Positions 45,840 through 57,152 of a stretch of 64,000 bases of DNA are shown in pieces. The position numbers and the translations under genes are program-made. Origin of the DNA: Thermodesulfobacteriota bacterium (GTDB lineage Bacteria > Desulfobacterota > Desulfarculia > JACQYL01); the NCBI GenBank assembly GCA_963675595.2, contig CAXXLZ010000001.1:1312001-1376000 (forward strand). Reading direction: 5' to 3'. Below the pieces are notes generated by a model, which searched no databases, was not told the DNA's origin, and saw nothing but the letters and a program-made list of their open reading frames with translations. Within the stretch, counting starts at the first letter, position 1, and each line of letters starts with the position of its first letter.

Positions 45840-46781
45840 ATGGCGAAGAATCCTTTTGAAGTGTTGGGCATCACCAAGGAAATGGCGAACCGTCTGACGG
45901 ACGAACAGCTCTTCGGCTTGGTGCGATCAAATTACCGCTTCCTGCTCAAAATGCTCCATCCCGACACCAACCGGCAAACATCCCGTGGCTCGTCCCGGAA
46001 GTCTCATCGGGAAGCGGTTGAACTCAACACGGCTTTTGAGGAAATCAACCTGGAAAAGAACCCTGAAGCCTTCGAACGGCATCGCCTCAACTATACCGCC
46101 CGATCAAGGAAACGGACACGCAAGCTGCTTGATGCCGCCATGGAACGCATGGAGAGGATCGACCATATAAATCGGGAGCTCTCGCAACGGTTTATCGATT
46201 ATCTTTTTTCCTTTCCCGAATTCCATCCCGACAAGCGAGACTACTCCGAACACCTGGAACCGTTTCACATTTTCTCATTACGTTCACTGCGAGTCGGTCT
46301 ATACGACGTAGCCGTCGGATACAATCTCAGACACAGTTCATGGAATCTGGGGCGAAACTACAAGGAAATTCGATTCGACGAAACGGGACGCATGGAGTAT
46401 CGACCACTGGCGAGAGGCCGTTTCAGCGAAGTGAACTACATACGGTTGGTGGGAAGCGTGGAGGCGGACAATGTGGACGTAATCCACCTTCTCGATAAGA
46501 ATATCGATAAGCACCATCATTTGAGGAGTGTGACCAGTATTCCCGCTCACGACGAACACTATGATGGCTGTGAAGTCCTGAACACCATGAATCCGGAAGT
46601 CTTCCGGGAGCACTGCCTGCCCCGGCTCAGTCCCGTACTTAGAGAAAACTCTTACCTCTTCTCCGTGCATTTTCGGGATTCTTTTTCGCACGGCATGCCC
46701 AAGGAAGTGCATCTGGAAGGAAAAATCATCAAACTGGATAGAGAAGTCCAGACCAACGGCCGACGCCGGCACTGGATATGA
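45840..46781 (+). CDS. J-domain-containing protein
   Basis: NPFEVLG ... LHPD ... LNTAF J-domain signature. Confidence 0.7.
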   Translation: MAKNPFEVLGITKEMANRLTDEQLFGLVRSNYRFLLKMLHPDTNRQTSRGSSRKSHREAVELNTAFEEINLEKNPEAFERHRLNYTARSRKRTRKLLDAAMERMERIDHINRELSQRFIDYLFSFPEFHPDKRDYSEHLEPFHIFSLRSLRVGLYDVAVGYNLRHSSWNLGRNYKEIRFDETGRMEYRPLARGRFSEVNYIRLVGSVEADNVDVIHLLDKNIDKHHHLRSVTSIPAHDEHYDGCEVLNTMNPEVFREHCLPRLSPVLRENSYLFSVHFRDSFSHGMPKEVHLEGKIIKLDREVQTNGRRRHWI

Positions 46782-46790
46782 GGAGAGGTC

Positions 46791-47906
46791 ATGATCATCG
46801 GCGTTCCCAAAGAAGTGAAGGAAGACGAGTATCGAGTGGGGATGGTTCCGGCGGGAGTGCGCATGCTCAAAGCGCATGGCGGACGAGTGATCTTGGAGCG
46901 GGGAGCGGGTGCGGGGTGCCGCATACCGGACGATGAATATGTCTCAGCGGGGGCCGAACTTGTCGATACTCCCGAAGAAATTTATGAGCGGGCTGAAATG
47001 GTGATCAAGGTGAAAGAGCCTCAGCCCACCGAGTATCCTTTGATGCGCGAGGGATTGATCCTCTACGCCTACCTCCATCTTGCGCCTGCTCCGGGCCTTG
47101 CGGACATGCTTCTGGAAAAAGGCGTAACCTGCATTGCCTACGAGACCATTCAGCTTGACAACGGTTCCCTGCCCTTACTGATTCCCATGAGTGAAGTGGC
47201 CGGGAGAATGTCCATTCAGGTTGGAGCACATTTTCTCGAAAAGACCCAAGGCGGGAGAGGAGTTCTTTTAGGGGGCGTTCCCGGTGTCCATCGAGGAAAG
47301 GTCACCATTCTCGGAGCCGGAACGGTGGGGCGCGAGGCAGCCAAGATCGCCATGGGCATGGGCGCGGAAGTGTACGTGCTGGACGTGGACCAGTGCAAGC
47401 TGATTTATCTGGACGACGTCTTCGGAAGTCGGATCACCACCATCTATTCTCATGCCGACAATGTTCGGGAAGCGGTCGCCCGGTCTCATCTGGTCGTGGG
47501 AGCGGTTTTGATACCCGGGGCGAAAGCTCCGCATCTGGTCACCAGGGAAATGGTTTCCGGCATGAAGCCCGGCAGCGTCATTGTTGATGTGGCCATTGAC
47601 CAGGGAGGATGTGTCGAAACGTCGCACGTCACTTCTCACAGGAATCCGACCTACACCGTGGACGAGGTGATCCATTACGGAGTACCCAACATGCCCGGCG
47701 TCGTCGCCAGGACCTCGACTTTCGCGCTTACGAACACCACCCTTCCATACGCGGTCAAACTCCAGGACCAGGGCTTCAACACCGCGATCCTTTCGGATCC
47801 CTGCCTGGCCAAAGGCGTGAACATCTACAAAGGACACGTCACACATCCGCAAGTTGCGGAGGCCTTGGGAAGGGAGTTCATTCCTCTGGAGACCCTGCTG
47901 GCCTGA
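46791..47906 (+). CDS. ald: Alanine dehydrogenase
   Basis: GVPKE, KVKEP, YLHLA, MSEVAGRMS, DVAIDQGGC, NMPG. Confidence 0.95.
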   Translation: MIIGVPKEVKEDEYRVGMVPAGVRMLKAHGGRVILERGAGAGCRIPDDEYVSAGAELVDTPEEIYERAEMVIKVKEPQPTEYPLMREGLILYAYLHLAPAPGLADMLLEKGVTCIAYETIQLDNGSLPLLIPMSEVAGRMSIQVGAHFLEKTQGGRGVLLGGVPGVHRGKVTILGAGTVGREAAKIAMGMGAEVYVLDVDQCKLIYLDDVFGSRITTIYSHADNVREAVARSHLVVGAVLIPGAKAPHLVTREMVSGMKPGSVIVDVAIDQGGCVETSHVTSHRNPTYTVDEVIHYGVPNMPGVVARTSTFALTNTTLPYAVKLQDQGFNTAILSDPCLAKGVNIYKGHVTHPQVAEALGREFIPLETLLA

Positions 47907-48210
47907 GCAACGCCCCGTTTCCTTCAACGTCGTTAGGGCCTAAGAGCCCGGACCGCTTTCAACAGATATTCCTCCGCCTTCGGAAATCGACCTCCGCACG
48001 GTTCCGATTTCCGCTTCCGGCGTGCCGCAATCGAAGAAACCGTCGAGTCTGCCGCTACTCGGAAAGTCGCGGCGGTTTCACATGAGAAGAAGCGGAAGCG
48101 ACGTTATCGTCGGGGCCGAAGGAAAATTGAAGAGTTCATTCGAACCCTGCTGAACGAGAACTGCGGCTCTCTTACGCACTGCCATCCTTCTAACGTGGAG
48201 TGGAATCTTA

Positions 48211-49560
48211 ATGAAAATCTGTGTCATCGGCCCCGGATATGTCGGTCTGGTAACTGGAGCATGCTTCGCGGAAATGGGTAACGAAGTCCTATGCGTGGGC
48301 AAGAAAGGGGTGGACGACGAACGAATCGCCAGGTTGGCTCAAGGCGAATCTCCGATCTTCGAGACGGGACTCGAAGAATTGCTCAAGCGAAATCTGGAAG
48401 CCGGGCGACTCCGCTTCGGCCTCGACCTTGCCGAGGGAGTGGACTCCTGCCTGTTCCAGATGATCGCCGTGCCCACACCGTCTGAAGAAGACGGCTCCGC
48501 GGACCTTCAACACGTGCTGGAAGTGGCCAAGGATATCGGAAGCACGATGGAGGAATACCGCATTGTGGTGACCAAGTCCACGGTGCCCGTGGGAACGGCC
48601 GATGCGGTCAAATCCGTGGTCCGGCAGGAATTACAGAATCGCGGCAAAGCGGTCGAGTTCGACGTGGTGTCCAATCCCGAATTTCTGAAAGAAGGCGACG
48701 CGGTGCAGGACTTCATGAAGCCCGATCGAGTGGTGGTGGGTTGTGAAAACCCGAGAACCGCGGAACTGATGAAAGCGCTCTACGCGCCGTTCGCCCGTAC
48801 GCGAGAAAAGTTGATCATCATGGACGTGCGCTCCGCCGAAATGACAAAGTATGCGGCCAATTCACTGCTGGCGACCAAAATCTCCTTTATGAACGAGGTC
48901 TCCAAAATATGCGAAGCGGTGGACGCGGACATCTCCATGGTGCGGAAAGGCATCGGCGCCGATCCCAGGATCGGGTATCAGTTCATCTACCCCGGTGTCG
49001 GATTCGGAGGTTCCTGTTTTCCGAAGGACCTCCGAGCGTTGGTTCGCACGGCGGTGAATTACGGACTCCAACCCAGAATCATGCAGTCCGTCATCGATGT
49101 GAACGAGGCGCAGAAGCGACTATTGGCAGGCAAGGTGATCGACTATTTCAGAGACCGTGGCGGTTTGGAGGGAAAACGGCTCGCGGTCTGGGGACTTGCG
49201 TTCAAACCCAACACCAACGACATGAGGGAGGCTCCCTCGATCACCATCATCGATCAACTTCTGAACTGCGGGGCCGATATTCGGGCTTTTGATCCTCAAG
49301 CGATCGAGGAGGCGAAGGCGGTCTTTTCCGGACGACAAGGAATCCGGTTTCACAAAGACAGCTACGAAGCACTCGACGGCGCCGAGGCGCTTATCCTGAT
49401 TACAGAGTGGAACATGTTTCGAACGCCCGACTTTCAGAGAATGAAAAGCCTGATGAAAACCCCGCTCATTTTCGACGGTCGGAATCAATATGATCCGGAT
49501 GAGATGAATCGGCTTGGTTTTTCCTACGTGAGTATCGGAAGGAAGCCGGCATACGTTTAG
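48211..49560 (+). CDS. ugd: UDP-glucose 6-dehydrogenase
   Basis: GPGYVGL, SNPEFLKEG, GFGGSCFPKD, GLAFKPNT. Confidence 0.92.
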   Translation: MKICVIGPGYVGLVTGACFAEMGNEVLCVGKKGVDDERIARLAQGESPIFETGLEELLKRNLEAGRLRFGLDLAEGVDSCLFQMIAVPTPSEEDGSADLQHVLEVAKDIGSTMEEYRIVVTKSTVPVGTADAVKSVVRQELQNRGKAVEFDVVSNPEFLKEGDAVQDFMKPDRVVVGCENPRTAELMKALYAPFARTREKLIIMDVRSAEMTKYAANSLLATKISFMNEVSKICEAVDADISMVRKGIGADPRIGYQFIYPGVGFGGSCFPKDLRALVRTAVNYGLQPRIMQSVIDVNEAQKRLLAGKVIDYFRDRGGLEGKRLAVWGLAFKPNTNDMREAPSITIIDQLLNCGADIRAFDPQAIEEAKAVFSGRQGIRFHKDSYEALDGAEALILITEWNMFRTPDFQRMKSLMKTPLIFDGRNQYDPDEMNRLGFSYVSIGRKPAYV

Positions 49561-49704
49561 CGGACGCCGCCGATGCGACGCCGCCCCCTCTCGGCGGCGA
49601 GCCCGCGGTTTTGAGCACCGGCGGGTGAATCAAACAGGCGGCTTCACGGACGGCAAACCGTAACCGTCCTCTCCCGCGTGCGGTTCGGGTGGTTCACCGA
49701 TCCG

Positions 49705-50235
49705 TCACGGATTGCCCCACACAAGATCCTTATGTATCCAACCGACGCCGAACTCCGGTCGGCTGATCTTGAGCCATTCCCCTTCCCTGTCCAGATAGTT
49801 CAACACTAGTCCTTTGGCGGCTCTTGAAATGACGTTGGAATCGGTACCGGGCTTATCGCGGATGTTGACCACCTCCCCGGTCACGATCACCACAGGGCTC
49901 TTTCGAACGTGGGATTCATGGACCCATCCGCCGTCGCCGTCGATGTCCTTGACCTGAATCCACTTTCCCTTTTCGCCGGTTTTTTCGTAAACATACCCCT
50001 TATTCACCTGCCAGGCGGCGGGAAACTCACGCCCCGGGCCGTGCCGGACGTCGGTCTTGTCGAACCGGACGATGTAAGTCTCCGCCCACGCACTGCTCCA
50101 GAAGGAGAAGATCAAACAGAATATGATTGCAGTTCGCAAAATGGCATTCACCTCCGTTTTGTGGTCCCGGCAACATGTCTTGGAGACGGACCGTTTGTTT
50201 ACGCTGCGGTTCACGGATACCGACGGCGCACCCAT
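49705..50235 (-). CDS. Secreted tandem bacterial SH3-domain protein
   Basis: Two SH3b-like repeats (VRHGPG...GWVH; NIRDKPG...GWIH); start uncertain. Confidence 0.8.
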   Translation of the reverse strand: MGAPSVSVNRSVNKRSVSKTCCRDHKTEVNAILRTAIIFCLIFSFWSSAWAETYIVRFDKTDVRHGPGREFPAAWQVNKGYVYEKTGEKGKWIQVKDIDGDGGWVHESHVRKSPVVIVTGEVVNIRDKPGTDSNVISRAAKGLVLNYLDREGEWLKISRPEFGVGWIHKDLVWGNP

Positions 50236-50558
50236 TCTTTACTTATCGGGCCGTCCTCTCCCTGTCAATCCGGAGATTCTTCGTCTTCAGGTTCTTCCCC
50301 GGATGATTGAAGCTGAGAAAGCGTTCAGCCGGCGCGGCAGCGGAAGGCCGGCGCCGAATCCATCGAATTGAAAGCCGGCCGGCACGATGCATTGGGAGCC
50401 CCGATACAAATAGCGCATTACCGTCGGATTTCTCAAAGACATGCCGGCTGCCGGCGATTCGTTTCAAAATTTAACTTGACTTCGTGACATAAGATTCATA
50501 ATGTGACGCATCATTCACTTTTGTGAATCAGCGATTATCGGATGGGAGAGGTCACGCA

Positions 50559-51182
50559 ATGTCGCCCCCAAAGCTCTCCAGGCGGGAACGGGAAAAACTG
50601 CGGCAACGTGGAGAGATTCTGGAGGCCGCCTTTGAGCTTTTCGCCGAAAAAGGCTATCATAACGTCTGCATGCACGAAATCGCCGAGAAGTCCGAGTTCG
50701 CCATCGGAACACTCTACAAGTTCTTCCAGAATAAGGAGGACCTCTACAAGGCTCTTATTCTGGAGAAACGAGACATTTTTGATGGAGCACTCCGGCAGGC
50801 GCTGAAGGCGTCGCATGACGAGATTAAACAACTCCGAAATTACGTTCGGAAGAAGACCGAGCTGTTTCGGGAGCATATCGCATTCATTCGCCTCTACCTC
50901 GCGGAAAGCAGGGGCGCGAGTTTCAACCTCAAATCGGACTTGCACGACGAGATACGCAGAGGATATCGCGATCTATTGGCTTCGTTGGCCGGCGTCTTCG
51001 CGAGCGGAATCAGTCAGGGACGTTTCAACCCCATCGCCACTCCCCATCGACTAGCGCTGGCCTTGGACAGCACGATCAACGCCTTTTTCCTTTTCTGGAT
51101 CGAGGACCCGGAGAATTATCCGTGTCCGGACGAACCGGATGCCGTTTTGGACATCTTTTTCACGGGACTGCTCGCCCCCTAA
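50559..51182 (+). CDS. TetR/AcrR family regulator
   Basis: ILEAAFELFAEKGY...IA...GTLYKFF.NKEDL. Confidence 0.92.
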   Translation: MSPPKLSRREREKLRQRGEILEAAFELFAEKGYHNVCMHEIAEKSEFAIGTLYKFFQNKEDLYKALILEKRDIFDGALRQALKASHDEIKQLRNYVRKKTELFREHIAFIRLYLAESRGASFNLKSDLHDEIRRGYRDLLASLAGVFASGISQGRFNPIATPHRLALALDSTINAFFLFWIEDPENYPCPDEPDAVLDIFFTGLLAP

Positions 51183-51242
51183 TCTCATCGTCATCGGCTC
51201 GCAAAACCACTCTTACCGTCGTCGACATTTTGGAGGACTTCG

Positions 51243-52457
51243 ATGCATCTGAGCAAAAGCGTTTCCCTATCACGCGGATTGGCCTTAATTCTGGCGGTGG
51301 CGGCGGGCTTCCTCGCGTTGTCGGCTTGCGAGAACGGGCACGGCAAGCAGGTTGCCGCCCCCCCGCTCCCGGAAGTGGCCATCGTCACCGTCAAGCCCCA
51401 ACGTATCGAATTGAGCACCGATCTGCCGGGACGAACTTCCGCCTATCTCATCTCGGAGATCCGGCCACAGGTCAACGGGATCATTAAAGAACGCTTGTTC
51501 CGGGAGGGCTCGGATGTCGCAGCGGGTGATCTGCTCTATCAAATCGATCCCGCGCCCTTTAAGGTGGCCTACGATTCCGCGAAGGCATCTCTCGGCAAAG
51601 CCTTGGCCAACCTGCCGTCGATCCGCTCGAGGGCGGATCGATATGAAGAATTACTGGTGGACCAAGCCGTCAGCAGGCAGGACTACGACGATGCGGTAGC
51701 CGCCGTCGAACAGGCGCGTGCCGAGATTGAATATTGGAGAGCCGCCGTGGAAGCGGCCCGCATCAACTTGGAGTATACCCGAGTCACTGCTCCGATTTCC
51801 GGACGCATCGGCATGTCCAACGTCACGAACGGCGCACTGGTCACCGCGTATCAGCCCACGCCCCTTGCCACCGTTCAACAGCTTGACCCCATTTACGTGG
51901 ACGTAACCCAATCCTCCACCGAATTGTTGCGACTGAAACGAAACCTCGAATCCGGCCGGCTCACCGCAAACGGCAAAAACGGGAAGAAAGTACGGATACT
52001 TCTGGAAGACGGAACCCCCTATCCTCTGGAGGGTGCATTGCAGTTCCGTGACGTCACGGTGGACCCGACAACAGGGTCTTTTGCGCTGCGCATCGTGGTC
52101 CCCAATCCGGAGGACCTGCTCCTGCCGGGCATGTTCGTACGAGCTGTCATAGAAGAGGGCGTCGCTGAACAGGCCATCCTCATTCCTCAGGAGGGGGTGG
52201 GCCGCAACCCGAAGGGCGAGCCTCTCGCACTTGTGGTGGATGACAAAGACACCGTGCAACAACGCATGCTGAGCCTCAACCGAGCCATCGGCAGCCGGTG
52301 GCTGGTCACTTCCGGGCTCTCGGAGGGAGACCGGGTCATCGTGGAAGGGGCGATCAACGTCAGGCCGGGTGCCGTGGTCAAGGCGGTTGCCCTGAATGAT
52401 TCCACCAACGGCGCCGAGGCCTCGAATACGGACCGTCAGCCGGTCAAGTCGAACTGA
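51243..52457 (+). CDS. RND efflux periplasmic adaptor (AcrA-like)
   Basis: Lipobox LSAC; EIRPQVNG, LYQIDP, APISGRIG, LLPGMFV. Confidence 0.92.
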   Translation: MHLSKSVSLSRGLALILAVAAGFLALSACENGHGKQVAAPPLPEVAIVTVKPQRIELSTDLPGRTSAYLISEIRPQVNGIIKERLFREGSDVAAGDLLYQIDPAPFKVAYDSAKASLGKALANLPSIRSRADRYEELLVDQAVSRQDYDDAVAAVEQARAEIEYWRAAVEAARINLEYTRVTAPISGRIGMSNVTNGALVTAYQPTPLATVQQLDPIYVDVTQSSTELLRLKRNLESGRLTANGKNGKKVRILLEDGTPYPLEGALQFRDVTVDPTTGSFALRIVVPNPEDLLLPGMFVRAVIEEGVAEQAILIPQEGVGRNPKGEPLALVVDDKDTVQQRMLSLNRAIGSRWLVTSGLSEGDRVIVEGAINVRPGAVVKAVALNDSTNGAEASNTDRQPVKSN

Positions 52458-52469
52458 CGGAGGACACGA

Positions 52470-55400
52470 ATGTTATCCAACTTTTTTCTCGAACGCCCGG
52501 TGTTCGCCTGGGTCATCGCCATCGTCATGATGCTGGCCGGCGGGTTGGCCATTTACAACTTACCCATCTCGCAGTATCCGCCCATCGCGCCTCCCTCCAT
52601 CGCCATTGACGCGTTCTACCCCGGTGCTTCCGCGGAGACCGTCGAGAACAGCGTAGTACAGATCATTGAACAGAAAATGACCGGCTTCGACAAACTGCTG
52701 TACATGTCCGCCTCCAGTGATGCGTCCGGCGCGGGAAGAGTGGAACTCACCTTCGCTCCGGGCACGGATCCGGATCTCGCTTGGGCTCAGGTTCAGAACA
52801 AGCTGCAACTCGCCATGGCGAGTTTGCCCGACGTGGTGCAACGTCAGGGAGTCAAGGTCAGCAAGTCCACCAGAAACTGGCTGATCATCGTGGGATTGAC
52901 GTCGGTGGACGGGAGTATGGACGACTACGATCTCGCGGACTACGCGCAAGCCAATGTGGAACAAGTGCTGGCACGGGTTCCCGGAGTCGGTGAGGTGAAT
53001 GTTTTCGGCTCACAGTATGCCATGCGGGTATGGCTGAATCCGGACAAACTGAACGGGTACGGATTGACCGTCGAAGACGTCATCCAAAGCATTTCCGCCT
53101 ATAATGTGGAGATATCGGCCGGACAGTTCGGCGGAGCGCCCGCTGTCAAGGGACAGAGGCTGAATGCCTCCATCATCGTCCAGAACCTGCTCAAGACCCC
53201 GGAAGAATTCGGCGCCATACCGCTCCGTATCAACACGGACGGTTCCATTCTGCGTGTACGCGACGTCGGCCGCACCGAGTTGGGTGCCGAGCGTTATGAA
53301 TCCCATGCGAGATACAATGGTCGCCCCGCTTCGGCGTTGGCCGTCCGCTTGGCGCCCGGCTCCAACGCCCTGGATACCGCCGACGCCGTAAAGGCGAAAA
53401 TGGGAGAGTTGTCCAGGTATTTTCCTCCGGGTATGGAGGTGGTCTACCCTTACGACACGACCCCTTTTGTGAAAGTGGCCATTGAAGAGGTGGTCAAGAC
53501 ACTGATAGAGGCCATCGTACTGGTGTTCCTCGTCATGTACCTTTTCTTGGGAAACATGCGTGCGACTTTGATTCCGACCCTGGCGGTTCCCGTGGTGATT
53601 TTGGGGACTTTCGCCGTATTGGGATTGTTCGGATTCTCCATCAACATGTTGACCATGTTCGCTATGGTGTTGGCCATAGGCCTTCTGGTGGACGACGCCA
53701 TCGTCGTGGTGGAGAACGTGGAAAGGGTCATGGCCGAAGAGGGGCTGCCGCCCAAAGAAGCCACTCGCAAATCCATGAAGGAAATTACGAGCGCATTAGT
53801 GGGAATCGGGTTGGTGCTTTCCGCCGTCTTCGGTCCCATGGCCTTTTTCGGAGGTTCCACCGGGGTCATTTATCGACAGTTCTCGGTGACCGTGATCGCC
53901 GCCATGCTGCTCTCGGTCGTTGTGGCCCTGATTCTGACCCCGGTTCTCTGCGCATCCTTGCTCAAACCGTCGATGGAAGGGCATCAAAGCCCCAAGGCGG
54001 GCTTTTCTTTTCTCGGAAGTTTCTTCCGCTGGTTTGATCGAACATTCTTCTGGGTGCGCGACAGGTATCAAAACATGGTCGGTCGGGTTCTCAAGGGCAC
54101 GATCAGATACATGGTCGCCTATGTTCTTATCGTTGCGGCTTTGGCTTACCTATTCCAGAAGATGCCCACCGCCTATCTTCCCGACGAAGACCAGGGGATC
54201 GTATTCGTCCAGGCGACCCTGGCTTCAGGGTCGACTCTGGAACAAACCGACAAGGTCATGACCCAGGTGCGGAACCATTTTCTGCAGGATGAAAAGGAAG
54301 CCGTGGCTTCCTGCTTCACTCTAGCGGGCCGAGGTTTTTCGGGTACCGGTCAGAACGTGGGGATCGCCTTCGTCCACCTGAGCGATTGGGACTTGCGTAA
54401 CCGGCCGGACCTGAAAATCAATGCGGTGTTGGCGCGCGCCATGGGGAAATTCTCGAAAATTCGCACCGCACGAGTATTTGCCTTCCCTCCGCCCGCCGTT
54501 CTCGAACTGGGACAAGCAGGGGGATTCGACTTTGAGCTGCAGGACCGCGGCGGCATAGGGCATGAAGCGCTCATGTCGGCCCGCAACCAATTGCTCGGCA
54601 TGGCCGCGCAGGATGCAAGACTCACGCGTGTCCGTCCCAACGGCCTGAGCGACGTGGCTCAATATCGAATCGACGTGGATTGGGAAAAGGCCGGCTCCCT
54701 CGGAGTTCCCATCGATTCCATCCACACTACCATCGCTGCGTCCTTCGGGAGCGCTTACGTGAACGACTTCATCCAGGGCGGGCGCGTGAAAAGAGTGTAC
54801 GTTCAGGCTGACGCACCCTACCGTATGCTCCCGGGCGACCTGGAACGGCTCTATGTCCGCAATCATGCAGGGACCATGACGCCTTTCGATTCCTTCGCCT
54901 CGGGTCGTTGGTTCTACGGTTCCCCAAGGCTGGAACGCTTCAACAGCTTTCCGGCCATCAACATTTGGGGGGAACCCGCACCGGGGAGAAGCTCGGGTGA
55001 AGCCATGCAGGCCATGGAAGATATCACCGCCAAGCTGCCCAAAGGGATCGGCTATGACTGGACCAGCCTTTCCTACCAGGAAAGAATGGCCAAGTCCCAG
55101 GCACCTCTGCTTTACGCCTTTTCCGTGATCGTGATCTTCCTTTGCCTGGCCGCTCTTTACGAAAGCTGGACCGTTCCCATTTCCATCTTGCTGGCGTTGC
55201 CCTTGGGGGTCATCGGCGGTGTAGTCGCCTCCTCTCTCCGCGGTTTGCCCAACGACGTGTACTTCCAAATCGGTCTTCTTACGGTTTTGGGCCTCACGAC
55301 CAAGAACGCCATCCTCATCGTTCAATTCTCCATGGCCAAAACGAAGGAAGGAATGGGGTTGATCGAAGCCACGCTGGAAGGGGCAAAATTGAGATTGCGT

Positions 55401-55655
55401 CCCATCGTCATGACCTCCATGGCCTTCGGTTTCGGTGTATTGCCGTTGGCGACCGCAGGAGGTGCCGGCGCCGGGGCGCAGGTCGCCATAGGCACCGGGG
55501 TTTTGGGCGGCATGATCACCGCCACCTTTCTGGCAATCTTTTTCATCCCGTTGTTCTATGTCGGAGTCGTTCGGCTGTTCCGAGGGAAGTCGAACGCATC
55601 GCCGAAAGACCACGCCTCGGACCCTGTGAGCCCTTCGGGAAGGAGGCGGAAATGA
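52470..55655 (+). CDS. RND efflux permease (AcrB/HAE1 family)
   Basis: RPVFAWV, GLLVDDAIVVVENVER, KNAILIV, RLRPIVMTS. Confidence 0.95.
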   Translation: MLSNFFLERPVFAWVIAIVMMLAGGLAIYNLPISQYPPIAPPSIAIDAFYPGASAETVENSVVQIIEQKMTGFDKLLYMSASSDASGAGRVELTFAPGTDPDLAWAQVQNKLQLAMASLPDVVQRQGVKVSKSTRNWLIIVGLTSVDGSMDDYDLADYAQANVEQVLARVPGVGEVNVFGSQYAMRVWLNPDKLNGYGLTVEDVIQSISAYNVEISAGQFGGAPAVKGQRLNASIIVQNLLKTPEEFGAIPLRINTDGSILRVRDVGRTELGAERYESHARYNGRPASALAVRLAPGSNALDTADAVKAKMGELSRYFPPGMEVVYPYDTTPFVKVAIEEVVKTLIEAIVLVFLVMYLFLGNMRATLIPTLAVPVVILGTFAVLGLFGFSINMLTMFAMVLAIGLLVDDAIVVVENVERVMAEEGLPPKEATRKSMKEITSALVGIGLVLSAVFGPMAFFGGSTGVIYRQFSVTVIAAMLLSVVVALILTPVLCASLLKPSMEGHQSPKAGFSFLGSFFRWFDRTFFWVRDRYQNMVGRVLKGTIRYMVAYVLIVAALAYLFQKMPTAYLPDEDQGIVFVQATLASGSTLEQTDKVMTQVRNHFLQDEKEAVASCFTLAGRGFSGTGQNVGIAFVHLSDWDLRNRPDLKINAVLARAMGKFSKIRTARVFAFPPPAVLELGQAGGFDFELQDRGGIGHEALMSARNQLLGMAAQDARLTRVRPNGLSDVAQYRIDVDWEKAGSLGVPIDSIHTTIAASFGSAYVNDFIQGGRVKRVYVQADAPYRMLPGDLERLYVRNHAGTMTPFDSFASGRWFYGSPRLERFNSFPAINIWGEPAPGRSSGEAMQAMEDITAKLPKGIGYDWTSLSYQERMAKSQAPLLYAFSVIVIFLCLAALYESWTVPISILLALPLGVIGGVVASSLRGLPNDVYFQIGLLTVLGLTTKNAILIVQFSMAKTKEGMGLIEATLEGAKLRLRPIVMTSMAFGFGVLPLATAGGAGAGAQVAIGTGVLGGMITATFLAIFFIPLFYVGVVRLFRGKSNASPKDHASDPVSPSGRRRK

Positions 55656-57112
55656 AGCCAATGCTGTTGGCCCTCTCGGCAATCATAGGCCTTCTGTTTT
55701 CCGGATGTACGTTCATGCCTAGCTATACGCGTCCCGAAGCGCCGATCCCGGACTCGTGGCCGGACGGACCCGCTTACTATGAGACGGCCGCGCTGCAGCA
55801 AGCCCCGGCGGCCGTCGACCTGGATCGACGGGAATTTCTCACCGACGAGCGATTACGAGAGGTCGTTGCGATCGCGTTGGAAAACAATCGCGACCTTCGG
55901 GTGACCGTTCTGAACCTCGAGAGAGCAAGAGCATTGTATGGGATTCAACGGGTCGAGATCCTCCCCACAATCGGTGCCGTCGCCGTCGGTTCAAAGCAAC
56001 GAGTGCCTAAAACCATTTCCGACACAGGTCGAGCGAAGACCGTCGAAGAGTACAGCGTGGACCTCGGAATCGCTTCCTGGGAAATCGACTTCTTCGGCCG
56101 TATTCGAAGCCTGAAACAAAAGGCGCTCGAAGAATACTTGGCTACGGAGCAAGCGGTGCGCAGCGCGCGGATTCTGCTGGTATCCGCGGTGGCCGATGCC
56201 TATCTGACACTGGCGGCGGATCGGGAGAACCTGCAACTCGCTCGATTCACGCTCGAGGCCCAGCGAACGTCATATGACCTGATTCACCGGCGCTTTGAAG
56301 TGGGACTGACGCCCGAACTCGACGTCCGCCAGGTTCAAACGAGAGTGGACACGGCTCGAGTGGACGTCGCTCGATATACCGAAAGGGTCGCCCGTGATGA
56401 AAACGCGCTGAATCTGCTTGTCGGCTCACCCGTGCCGGCCGACCTTCTGCCCGAAACCTTAAGCTCCGTGAAGCCGTTGCGGGATGTATCGCCCGGCATG
56501 ACTTCCACGGTGCTGTTGCGTCGCCCGGACATCATCCGGGCCGAGAATCTGCTGAAAGCCGCCAACGCCAACATCGGCGCCGCACGCGCGGCCCTCTTCC
56601 CCAGGATTTCCCTCACCACCGCTGTTGGTACGGCAAGCAGCGAATTGTCCGATCTCTTCCAATCGGGGACCCTGCAATGGAACTTCACGCCCAGCATCAG
56701 CATTCCGATCTTTTACCCGGGAACGTGGTGGGCGCTGAAACTAAGCAAGGTGGACCGGGAAATCGCATTGGCTCAGTACGAACAAGCAATTCAATCGGCC
56801 TTCCGGGAGGTCGCCGATGCCCTGGCCGGAAGGGGGACGATAGCGGATCAGATCGAAGCGCAACGGTCCCTCGTGGAAGCCACTGCTGAAGCGTACCGCC
56901 TTTCCGACGCCCGGTACCGGAAAGGCACCGATATCTACCTGAACGTCCTTGACGCGCAGCGTTCTCTCTACACGGCGCAACAAGGGCTTATCAGCACCCG
57001 CTTGGCCGAACTCGCCAACCAGGTTCGCCTTTACACAGTGCTGGGCGGAGGAGGCGATTTGTTCGATACCGCAGGGTCCGACGAGAATCGCGACGAACTT
57101 CCGACCCAATGA
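55652..57112 (+). CDS. RND outer-membrane factor (OprM/NodT-like lipoprotein)
   Basis: Lipobox FSGC; WEIDFFGR, RRPDI, ANANIGAARA, LGGG. Confidence 0.92.
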   Translation: MKPMLLALSAIIGLLFSGCTFMPSYTRPEAPIPDSWPDGPAYYETAALQQAPAAVDLDRREFLTDERLREVVAIALENNRDLRVTVLNLERARALYGIQRVEILPTIGAVAVGSKQRVPKTISDTGRAKTVEEYSVDLGIASWEIDFFGRIRSLKQKALEEYLATEQAVRSARILLVSAVADAYLTLAADRENLQLARFTLEAQRTSYDLIHRRFEVGLTPELDVRQVQTRVDTARVDVARYTERVARDENALNLLVGSPVPADLLPETLSSVKPLRDVSPGMTSTVLLRRPDIIRAENLLKAANANIGAARAALFPRISLTTAVGTASSELSDLFQSGTLQWNFTPSISIPIFYPGTWWALKLSKVDREIALAQYEQAIQSAFREVADALAGRGTIADQIEAQRSLVEATAEAYRLSDARYRKGTDIYLNVLDAQRSLYTAQQGLISTRLAELANQVRLYTVLGGGGDLFDTAGSDENRDELPTQ

Positions 57113-57152
57113 GAGATTTTGAGGTTGCTCTAAAGAAGAGGCTGGGAGTAAG

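Noticed and set aside
50513-50528. Palindrome ATTCAC-TTTT-GTGAAT upstream of TetR
   Set aside because: Plausible TetR operator but short and routine; not enough support to list as a feature.
54321-55682. 453-aa minus-strand ORF and 5' extension of ORF 55142-57112
   Set aside because: Shadow of the RND permease; the outer-membrane factor starts at 55652 with RBS and lipobox.
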